Of a DNA stretch of 64,000 bases, positions 56,377 to 64,000 are shown piece after piece. Within the stretch, counting starts at the first letter, position 1; each line of letters starts with the position of its first letter. The position numbers and the translations under genes are program-made. Location: positions 64,001-128,000 of the forward strand of contig CAVXDX010000004.1 of assembly GCA_963760615.1 (NCBI GenBank). The letters are read 5' to 3'. Below the pieces are notes generated by a model. It searched no databases. It worked only from the letters and a program-made list of their open reading frames with translations, and was not told the DNA's origin. The DNA is from an uncultured Candidatus Micrarchaeota archaeon. GTDB taxonomy: Archaea; Micrarchaeota; Micrarchaeia; Burarchaeales; Fermentimicrarchaeaceae.

Positions 56377-57744
56377 ATGAAACTGGAACTGATGTTTGCT
56401 TTGCTTGCCGTGTTTTCGTTAATTTTGCCCCTGCATGCCTACACTCCACCTTCACAAACGTGCTGCAATCCTAGTGGAACTTTATGTACATGCGGTATAC
56501 AATCAGGAAGTTGCACCTACACCTGCAACGGGGGGTGGTACCAATGCTATTCCGCCAATGACTGTGATTCCACCATTCCCTGCAATCACTTTGCATTCCA
56601 GAGGTTCACCTTTGACCTATCCAGCTACACCCTCGGCAACATAAAAAGCATCACCTACTGCTTCAAGGGTGACTACTCCTCAACTGGCTCTGGAACTGCA
56701 TATTTGGAGTACTACAACGTAACTAGTTCATCATGGGTATACGACCAGCCCATAAGTACTGGAGTCACCACAATGTGCCGTACACTCACAAGCATAACCG
56801 ATGTTGTGAATGCAACATCGAGCATAACTCAATTTGCTGCGAGGGGTTACACCGGAGACTCTGGCAACATTACAATCGATGCAGACTTTGTGAACCTCAC
56901 TATAAACTTCGGCGCAGGCTCCCCAGTAGTCTGGACTTCCGGAAAATTTAGCAATGCGGTAGGCCTCAACGGCTCGCAGCAGATTACAGTCAATGATTCC
57001 TCCAGCCTTGAAATAAGTGGGAATATCACAGTTGAAGGGTGGATTAACCCAAGCACGGTGACTCCAGCATACCAAACAATACTTACTAAGGGAGACTCTT
57101 CAAATGAGAACTACGGGCTCTATCTAAAAGGTGCAGAACTCTATTTTGAGTGGATTAACAGTGGAGTCAAATTCGCAAATACGACATCAGCAAGTCTCCA
57201 GGCAAATACTTGGTATCATGTCGCAGCAGTTTTCAACTCTGGCAACTACGTCAAACTGTATGTCAACGGTACTGAGATGGCAAGCTCCACACCTGCAAAC
57301 GGATTGGTGACAACCACTGCAAATCTAACCATCGGAGCGAACAACTCCAACAACTATTTCAACGGCACAATTGATGAAGTTGCAATCTACTCAAGGGTGA
57401 AGTCCGCAAGCGAGATATACGCGGATGCCAACCCCATGTTCGTCTCACTTAACATAAAAGACTCCCTCAATAGCTCGGTGAGCGCAAGAGGCGCCACAAG
57501 CGGCTACATAAACCCCGGTGCGAACAATACGCTTTACCTTACTACAAACAACAATGGAAACCTCAACATGACTGTGGGGGGCTATGCGGGAACTTACTCT
57601 CTCAGGCTCTACCTAAATAACACCAAGGCGAACCTCTTTCTCACAGCAGTCCAGAAGGGTGTTTCAAGCATCCAGGCAATTCTGCCTGTCCAGCTGCAGA
57701 TATACAACCAGATTTTCAATAGCCTGATAATCTCCCAGAAATAG
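56377..57744 (+). CDS. Secreted protein with a Cys-rich head, a beta-sandwich module and an N-terminally truncated LamG
   Basis: Signal peptide MKLELMFALLAVF; GSPVVWTSGKF...ITVEGWI...NTWYHVA...FNGTIDEVAIY. Confidence 0.8.
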   Translation: MKLELMFALLAVFSLILPLHAYTPPSQTCCNPSGTLCTCGIQSGSCTYTCNGGWYQCYSANDCDSTIPCNHFAFQRFTFDLSSYTLGNIKSITYCFKGDYSSTGSGTAYLEYYNVTSSSWVYDQPISTGVTTMCRTLTSITDVVNATSSITQFAARGYTGDSGNITIDADFVNLTINFGAGSPVVWTSGKFSNAVGLNGSQQITVNDSSSLEISGNITVEGWINPSTVTPAYQTILTKGDSSNENYGLYLKGAELYFEWINSGVKFANTTSASLQANTWYHVAAVFNSGNYVKLYVNGTEMASSTPANGLVTTTANLTIGANNSNNYFNGTIDEVAIYSRVKSASEIYADANPMFVSLNIKDSLNSSVSARGATSGYINPGANNTLYLTTNNNGNLNMTVGGYAGTYSLRLYLNNTKANLFLTAVQKGVSSIQAILPVQLQIYNQIFNSLIISQK

Positions 57745-58752
57745 CTACTTGAACGATGCGAGGAGCATTTTCAGCACGTAGTTATGCATCAACAGGAATG
57801 CAATAAGCGACGCTATGAGCATGTACAGCGTGTACTTCAGGCCGTTCAGCTCCTTCCCGTCATGGATGACTCCGATGAGCATGCTCACGGTAACCGAAGT
57901 ACCCACTATGGTGGCAATGGATGCATACAGAAGGAAATCCGCCGATACGGGAGCGCTCATGGCGAGCCCCACCTGACCTGAGAGCGAGGTGCTGACTCCC
58001 GTCTGCTGCAGGGAGTTTATCACGTTAACAAACTCGATTGATATGGAGAGCAGGGCAGGCATCCCAATAAGAACTGCGAAGAGTATGAAAACGATGTACA
58101 TATTCGTTCCGGCTATGAGCTCTCTTCTCAGCTCCTGCCCCTCAAGTATGTCATCGGCAGCATTCTCAAGCAGCACCGCAAGGCTCCCTCCCGACCTCAT
58201 GCTCACTATGAACAGCGCAACAGTCCTCTCAAGAACCTCGGATTTTATCCTCTTTGACATTTCCATCAAAGCATCTGTGAAGGATTCAATTCCAAGGGAT
58301 TTTGCCGTAACGCACCTTATCTCCTCCTCAAGGGGGCCGAACTCAGGCCTGGCAGCCGTCCTGAGGGCGGCGAGAGGGGTAAGGCCTGCCCTTATGTTGG
58401 CCGCAATTATCTGGAGCGCATCAGGCAGAACATTCTCAATTCTCCTCCTCCTATCCTCAACCCTAAAGTGGAGCACTAGGTAGAGCGTGAAAAACGTGAA
58501 AAGAAAAACCAAAACAGCTATAAGAAATAGAATGCCGGCTTCAGTTACCCCAAGAATGACCCAGCTGAAAAGTAGCGAGACAATCCCGAATAACAGCGAG
58601 AGAATCAGCACGGAGCCGAACCATACCCTAGAGTCCATCTCGACGCCTGCGTAATCCAGCATTTCCTTTAGGTGTTTGTTGATTCCCCTGGGCGTGAGCT
58701 TCCCAAAAACATAATACACGTTTCTCAGGTCTCTTATATCCATAAAAATCAC
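57745..58752 (-). CDS. Type II secretion F-family membrane platform protein (TadC/ArlJ-like)
   Basis: IENVLPDALQIIAANIRAG, FGPLEEE, SMRSGG.LA.LLE. Confidence 0.9.
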   Translation of the reverse strand: MIFMDIRDLRNVYYVFGKLTPRGINKHLKEMLDYAGVEMDSRVWFGSVLILSLLFGIVSLLFSWVILGVTEAGILFLIAVLVFLFTFFTLYLVLHFRVEDRRRRIENVLPDALQIIAANIRAGLTPLAALRTAARPEFGPLEEEIRCVTAKSLGIESFTDALMEMSKRIKSEVLERTVALFIVSMRSGGSLAVLLENAADDILEGQELRRELIAGTNMYIVFILFAVLIGMPALLSISIEFVNVINSLQQTGVSTSLSGQVGLAMSAPVSADFLLYASIATIVGTSVTVSMLIGVIHDGKELNGLKYTLYMLIASLIAFLLMHNYVLKMLLASFK

Positions 58753-59639
58753 ATATGCGTCACGGGCCTCCTTGACTTTATGAACTCTATGAGCGCAACC
58801 TCGCAGAAAAAGCTAAAGGCGATTAGACCGGTAATGACCCCCTCATTCGCGCTGATGCCGCCAAAGGTTGATAAAATAACCAACAGGGTTATCCCAAGGC
58901 TCGGCACCGCAACCGATATTATTATGAAAAGCAGCACCCACAGGTTGAGTTCATAGGTATATGATTTAACCTGCGAATACTGGTACTGCTGCAGGTTCCT
59001 TATGACGCTCTTCAAAGCTGCTTGCAGGCTTGCCCCAGACCTAAAGGCAGTGAGCATCTGGCGTATCGTCCTCCTCAGGAATTCCGACTCCGTCCTGAGG
59101 GCCATCTTCTCCAGCGCAGTCTCCTGCATCTCTCCAGCATTTATATCCTGGACAGTCCTGCGGAACTCTTTTGAAATCGTGCCGTAGCCGGATTTTGATA
59201 TATTCACCATTGCATCAAACAGCGGGACTCCTGAGCTTATCTGAAGCAGCAAATCCTTCAGCGCATACACCAAATCCCTATCCACATCCTCAACGATTTT
59301 CCTAGCAAGAACCCTTGGGTAGTAGAGAAAGAACGATGCAAACACCACGAACACAGCAAGCCCCGCAAGAATTATCCATCTCATATCCGCCAAAAGGGTG
59401 CGCAGCCCATCAAAACTGGAAAATGCATCCTCAATCTCCTTCGAGGTTATGCTGCCTCTGGCATACATTAGGATGAAGACTAAAATGAACAGGCACAATG
59501 CCCAGACAAACGCATTCAGGAGCGAGATGATGATGTACTCTCCCTCTTCAATATCGCTCCCTATCATCCTCAAATCGTACTCAAGCCCTGGGAAAACGTA
59601 GCCTATCTTGTTGCCCACTCCAGTAAATGCTCTGCCCAC
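58749..59639 (-). CDS. Second T2SS F-family (TadC-like) protein; start may lie further upstream
   Basis: YALKDLLLQISSGVPLFDAM, GYGTISKEF, GASLQAALK. Confidence 0.88.
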   Translation of the reverse strand: MGRAFTGVGNKIGYVFPGLEYDLRMIGSDIEEGEYIIISLLNAFVWALCLFILVFILMYARGSITSKEIEDAFSSFDGLRTLLADMRWIILAGLAVFVVFASFFLYYPRVLARKIVEDVDRDLVYALKDLLLQISSGVPLFDAMVNISKSGYGTISKEFRRTVQDINAGEMQETALEKMALRTESEFLRRTIRQMLTAFRSGASLQAALKSVIRNLQQYQYSQVKSYTYELNLWVLLFIIISVAVPSLGITLLVILSTFGGISANEGVITGLIAFSFFCEVALIEFIKSRRPVTHM

Positions 59640-59693
59640 CCCTCTCGCAACCCTCTCGGGAACTACAAAGAAGAGAACTCTTATGCAAACACC

Positions 59694-61457
59694 CTACAGC
59701 ACCTTGCTCAGAGGAAGGTTGCTCTCGGCAGCCTTAATCACAACATCTGGGTTCTTGTAGTACAACCCAATAACCGCACCTACATCATCAACAGACCTTA
59801 TCCCATTCTTCTTCATCCAGTCCAGCAACTTCATTTTTTCCTCAATGTCCTTCTTTATTTCACCAGAGCTCATTCCTGTATGGAGGTTCAAGTCCTCAAG
59901 GACTCTTGAGCTCTCATTCACCTTTTCGAAGGAATCTGTCCTGGGCTTCCATTTGAAGAGAGTGTTCAGCGTGACAGCCTCGACAGATGATACAACCAGC
60001 TCGCTTATCTCATACACCCTCCTTATCTCTTTCCTTCTGTCCCTGTACTGAACCACTATGAGCTGCAGCGACTCCAGCTCCGTCATGGGCAGCTCTATTG
60101 GAGGGTGAGTGAGCCTCCTGAGCACCTGCGAAGCAGTATCCGCGTGCATTGTCGAATACACAGCATGGCCAGTGTGCATTGCCTCAAACAGAACTTCGGC
60201 CTCCCTCCGTCTCCTTATCTCCCCAACAACTATCCTGTCGGGCCTCATCCTCAGCGAAGTCATCATGAGGTCAAGCATCCTAACCTGCCCCTTTCCTTCA
60301 GGGTTGGGGTTCCTTGTGGTGAGCGGCACCCAGTTCCACTTGAGGTATGCTGGCAGCGCCAGCTCCCGTGTGTCCTCTATGGTAACCGTCCTGTTGCTGG
60401 GCGGTATGAGCGCGCACAGGGTGTTCAAGGTACTTGTCTTTCCTGAAGCAGTGCCTCCAGCAACAAGTATGTTTATCTCGTATTGCATGCACAGCCAAAG
60501 AAAAGCAGCCATCTCCTCAGACAGTGTATTCATCTTCTCGCCGATGAAGTCAACAAGCGTCCAGGGGTTTCTTGAGAACCTTCTTATAGTTATGGTATTA
60601 CCGGAACTTGAGATTGGAAAAAGCGTCGCGTTAGCCCTGTCGCCTGTCGGAAGGTGGGCGTCAAGTATCGGTGCGAGCAGTGTTATCTCCCTCCCTGCCT
60701 TTCTCCCAATCTGCGAGGCGTAGTTGTATATATCCTCCTCGGATTCCAGATGCAGGTTGGTTTTCATCCACCCCAGCTTCCTGTGGTATACTGAAATGGG
60801 CTCCGAGGAGCCGTTCACTGCAACTTCCTCAAGCCAGTCATCAGACATGAGTATTTCTATGTCGCCAAGCCCGTACATCCTGTTGAGCAGAATCCCCGCA
60901 AGCAGCTTCCTCTTCTCCTCATCTGCTTCAGGCAACTCCTCGGTGAGCCTGCTCATGGCTGCGTTATAGAATTTATCCCTAACCTCCCCGAACTTCCTCA
61001 CATCGCTTATCTCCTCACTCTGAACTGTTATAATTCTCGCAAGCTCATCCCTCAGATAATCCATGAAAAGTTTGGTGTAAGGACCCAGTACAGGAAGCGT
61101 TAGCACATATACGGGTCTGCTCTCTCCCCTGACGTCCATAATTGTGATAAGGGATTTGATGTTGTTTGTCTCTATATTGTAGGTTTCTATCACCTTTCCC
61201 TCCTGCAGCAGGCTCTGCTCCGCCTCCAGTTTCTTCTTAAGCTTAAGATGGGGCCTCTGCATGATGTTAAGGGGGTATATAACTTCGATAATCCCCTTCT
61301 CCTGCAGTATCTTGCCTACCTTCTCAACCTTGGTCTGCTCAACGCCAACCTTGTTGGCCAGGAAGGGGATCTCTGCCATCTGGTCCTTCTCGGAAGCCAG
61401 CGCATCGCATATCTCATCGACTTTTGTTGAAATTACAGTGGAATTTGCCTCTGTCAT
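59694..61457 (-). CDS. Type IV pilus assembly ATPase (ArlI/CpaF/VirB11 family)
   Basis: GGTASGKTS, TIEDTREL, LRMRPDRIVVGEIR, GHAVYSTMHA. Confidence 0.95.
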   Translation of the reverse strand: MTEANSTVISTKVDEICDALASEKDQMAEIPFLANKVGVEQTKVEKVGKILQEKGIIEVIYPLNIMQRPHLKLKKKLEAEQSLLQEGKVIETYNIETNNIKSLITIMDVRGESRPVYVLTLPVLGPYTKLFMDYLRDELARIITVQSEEISDVRKFGEVRDKFYNAAMSRLTEELPEADEEKRKLLAGILLNRMYGLGDIEILMSDDWLEEVAVNGSSEPISVYHRKLGWMKTNLHLESEEDIYNYASQIGRKAGREITLLAPILDAHLPTGDRANATLFPISSSGNTITIRRFSRNPWTLVDFIGEKMNTLSEEMAAFLWLCMQYEINILVAGGTASGKTSTLNTLCALIPPSNRTVTIEDTRELALPAYLKWNWVPLTTRNPNPEGKGQVRMLDLMMTSLRMRPDRIVVGEIRRRREAEVLFEAMHTGHAVYSTMHADTASQVLRRLTHPPIELPMTELESLQLIVVQYRDRRKEIRRVYEISELVVSSVEAVTLNTLFKWKPRTDSFEKVNESSRVLEDLNLHTGMSSGEIKKDIEEKMKLLDWMKKNGIRSVDDVGAVIGLYYKNPDVVIKAAESNLPLSKVL

Positions 61458-61634
61458 AAGTAAGAATTTTCCTTACTCAATATAAAAAGGTATTGCCTAA
61501 CTCCTGCTTTCGGTTAGGAATAACAAAAAGTGGCCTAATACCGCAAGTTTTAAAAACAAAACTAGCTCAAAATAGACGTAGCGACCAGGAATACATTGAA
61601 ATAGTCCATGTAGCTGGTCCCATAAGGGATAGAG

Positions 61635-64000
61635 ATGGCCAGCTTTAGAGGGAAAAAGGGATTCATACATTTATTGTTAGAGTACTCTTTTGGAATCCTC
61701 CTTATTCTATCAGCTGCATACATGGCCGAATCGCTGCTTTCCAACCCCAATAAGCCGTTAGAACGCATTCTGCTGCTGGACTCTGCAAATGGTGTAAGCG
61801 ATAACTCCACACCTCCTGAAAACTCATCTCAGACTAATATGACAGACAACAGCACCAATGCCACAGTTGCAAATGGCAACTTTACAGAAAACCCATCCGA
61901 AAACAATACCAATGCAACCGCTCCGGAGATCCCCGCTAATGTAACTAATCAAACAGAACTGCCCCCCGAACAGAACGCCACGGAAAACATAACAGAGAAC
62001 AACACCAATCCTCTAATTCCGCTCTCTGCCATCAATAAGACCACTTCAGAAAATACGGGCAATGTGGAAAACATAACCTACACGCGACCTTCAAACTTAA
62101 TTAAGGGAGAAATTGTAAAGTATACCCCTACTTCAGAAACGCATTGTATCAAGGGTACCTGTGTGGCTACACTATATCCTACGCGAAATTTCATTCAGGA
62201 TAGGCTTGGAAAATGGAAACGCTTAGGAGAAATTACGAATATAACCTACTCCAATAACCTACTCAACATCTCTTGGAATACGAGGAGCATCCTCCTTCAG
62301 CCGTATATCCGATATAATGGAAGCTATACAGAACAATTACCCTCAGAGTATAACTTCTCAATTTCGTATACTAATTTTATAGATTATATAGAATTCAAGC
62401 CAAGAATCAAATTTGTTGATGGATTGACGGAGTTTGGCTTCAAGAAAGTAAGCTGGTCCAATGATGAAGTTGTAATTAATTTTGACGATTTGGCTGCGAA
62501 TAATTTTGAAGTAACCCAGAACGAAACTCACATTTCTATACGAAATCTGGAGGGGAGAGTAAGCTCTAATGAGATGCTTGAATTGGATCCCACAATCACT
62601 CTCAATGAGTCAAACAGCGGGAATGTGGGCGACTCATTCACAAACAGCTCGGATACAGGAGTTAATTACGGAACTCTCTTGAACCTGAGCGTAAGGAGTT
62701 ACACCTCAGGTGATGTCCGCAGGGTTTTCTTGCTCTTCAATCTTAGTGTTATACCTTCAAGCGCAACAATAACGGATGCAAATCTATCGTTGTACATGTT
62801 TGTTGCTCCAAGTAACAGCAGAACCTATAGTGCTTATAACACATCAAACAGCTGGACTGAAACCGGGATAACGCAGAGCAACCAACCCGCAGCAGATACG
62901 CTGCAGCAAGGAGTGACCGTTACCACCCCTGCCAGTGTTTGGAAGAGTTGGAATGTTACTAATGCGGCAGTTTCAAGCTACGCGCAGACAAACAAAAATA
63001 TGAGCATAATGATAAGGGATAATACTGAAACTGCCACTACTGCGAGATTTGCTCTGTTTGTTTCAAAGGAAAACACAACAGATACATCCAAGAGACCGCA
63101 ACTTATCATTACATATGTGACACCACCAACGTATTCCGACAATTCCACCAGTTCAACTTTGGCAAATACTAATGTGGAGCACAGGCTCAAATGGCAGAGC
63201 GAAACAGGATTAAGCGGTTATATCTTCAGTTTCTGCAATGGAACCTACCAAAAAGCTACCATAACTCTGAATCCGACAACAACCTACACATTCCTGGACA
63301 ACACGAGCAACAACGCATACTGGGCGTCACCTGTAAATCCTATCACCTCGCCAGCAGGAGGAACAGAGGCGACTGCGGTTCAATATACAAATATGAGTTT
63401 AAACGACTCCTCATTCGCAAGGGTGTTAGGTGATGCGACAAACAACGATGACCCATACTGGAGCATGAACTTCACGATAAACGAAACTACAGCAAGCATA
63501 AACTGGATTAATGTCAGTCTTGGAGGTTTCAAAGTCCTTACTGGTGGTTCTGAAGCGGCAACCTGCTATGTGTTCAACTGGACTTCTGTGACTTGGCTTT
63601 CAATTTCAACTTTGGGGACTACCCCCACAATAATTTCAAGCAACTACACCGCAGGAATTGGCGATATAGTAAATGCAAGCACTAAGGTATTGAATGTTTA
63701 TTGCACAGGAGCACAGTTTGATTTGAATGAAGGTATCTATCTTGACTTCGTAAGTGTGGTGGTGAACAGCAGCAACACAACCTATTCGACTGCCAATTGC
63801 AGTGATGCCAATGCGGTGCTTACAAATGACTCGTGGGTCGCTATGACCGGAACCTTGGACTGGTCGAATGTCACCAAACTGATTACCTCAACCGAAGAGG
63901 CAACAGTCAAATGGTGTGTGTATGCAAACAATACCGGTGGTGCTTGGAATTCCACGTCCTGCTCCAATCCGTTTGTTTACCTAACGACAGCACAGGTGGT
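61635..64000 (+). CDS. Large surface protein with a DNRLRE/CBM96-like domain (runs past the window end)
   Basis: Hand translation is open from ATG 61635 to the end: MASFRGKKG|FIHLLLE; RRVFLLFNLSVIPSSATITDANLSLY...WTETGIT...WNVT...FVSKE...RPQLIITY. Confidence 0.8.
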   Translation, partial: MASFRGKKGFIHLLLEYSFGILLILSAAYMAESLLSNPNKPLERILLLDSANGVSDNSTPPENSSQTNMTDNSTNATVANGNFTENPSENNTNATAPEIPANVTNQTELPPEQNATENITENNTNPLIPLSAINKTTSENTGNVENITYTRPSNLIKGEIVKYTPTSETHCIKGTCVATLYPTRNFIQDRLGKWKRLGEITNITYSNNLLNISWNTRSILLQPYIRYNGSYTEQLPSEYNFSISYTNFIDYIEFKPRIKFVDGLTEFGFKKVSWSNDEVVINFDDLAANNFEVTQNETHISIRNLEGRVSSNEMLELDPTITLNESNSGNVGDSFTNSSDTGVNYGTLLNLSVRSYTSGDVRRVFLLFNLSVIPSSATITDANLSLYMFVAPSNSRTYSAYNTSNSWTETGITQSNQPAADTLQQGVTVTTPASVWKSWNVTNAAVSSYAQTNKNMSIMIRDNTETATTARFALFVSKENTTDTSKRPQLIITYVTPPTYSDNSTSSTLANTNVEHRLKWQSETGLSGYIFSFCNGTYQKATITLNPTTTYTFLDNTSNNAYWASPVNPITSPAGGTEATAVQYTNMSLNDSSFARVLGDATNNDDPYWSMNFTINETTASINWINVSLGGFKVLTGGSEAATCYVFNWTSVTWLSISTLGTTPTIISSNYTAGIGDIVNASTKVLNVYCTGAQFDLNEGIYLDFVSVVVNSSNTTYSTANCSDANAVLTNDSWVAMTGTLDWSNVTKLITSTEEATVKWCVYANNTGGAWNSTSCSNPFVYLTTAQV

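Larger units (their letters stand above)
53949..57404 (+). repeat. DNA direct repeats at LamG borders
   Basis: 42-bp exact repeat at 53949-53990 and 57363-57404; 50/53 match at 53953-54005 and 55798-55850; 23-bp exact repeat at 55270-55292 and 55918-55940. Confidence 0.9.

Noticed and set aside
53949-57404. Diversity-generating retroelement template/variable repeat pair
   Set aside because: Mismatches between copies are not adenine-specific (G/C, TG/CA) and no reverse transcriptase is in the window.
46427-61457. Archaellum operon
   Set aside because: No archaellin (ArlB) or ArlF/G-like genes. The GQxSxE-type signals and twin TadC genes fit a pilus.
1-64000. Many 60-260 aa antisense or off-frame ORFs in the track; CRISPR arrays
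   Set aside because: They are shadow ORFs over well-supported genes. No regularly spaced repeat-spacer array was found.

Overview
Archaeal chromosomal window. Gene content (archaeal r-proteins, form III RuBisCO, class I HMG-CoA reductase, class III-signal pilins) points to a DPANN lineage, probably Micrarchaeota-like; this placement is inference, not a database result. Layout: (1) 1-5.8 kb: srp54 divergent from an intron-containing tRNA-Ile(UAU) and the conserved rnp4-rps19e-PDCD5-rpl39e-rpl31e-eif6-rplX-pfdA-ftsY operon. (2) 5.9-17.5 kb: accessory, bacterial-looking block with MgtA, a ZIP transporter, a DHS-like enzyme, a compact trimeric [FeFe]-hydrogenase with an adjacent ECF S-component-like gene, a SIMPL protein and an AT-rich gene at tRNA-Leu(CAA). 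(3) 17.5-36 kb: GMP synthase, two PurP paralogues, a VirB6/TrbL-like gene pair, a glycosylation/isoprenoid cluster (glmM, NDP-sugar synthase, aglH, motif-less AglB-like gene, hmgA), a radical SAM enzyme and a SelB/EF-Tu-like protein. (4) 36-45 kb: DEAD helicase, orphan 5S rRNA, single-repeat (half) TBP, rpl21e-rpo4-DUF655-rsmA, extended histone, RuBisCO, poly-zinc-finger protein, PadR/ino1. (5) 45-64 kb: type IV pilus locus with two KaiC-like proteins, pilin-like proteins carrying inserted LamG/DUF2341 modules, Cys-rich adhesins, two TadC-like proteins, an assembly ATPase and a large surface protein cut by the window edge. Best leads: the minimal hydrogenase and its S-component neighbour, the half-TBP, the cassette-like and split LamG pilin modules, tRNA-Ile(UAU), the degenerate AglB, and a structured intergenic repeat that follows two orphan genes. 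No CRISPR array, integrase, reverse transcriptase or intact transposase was seen.
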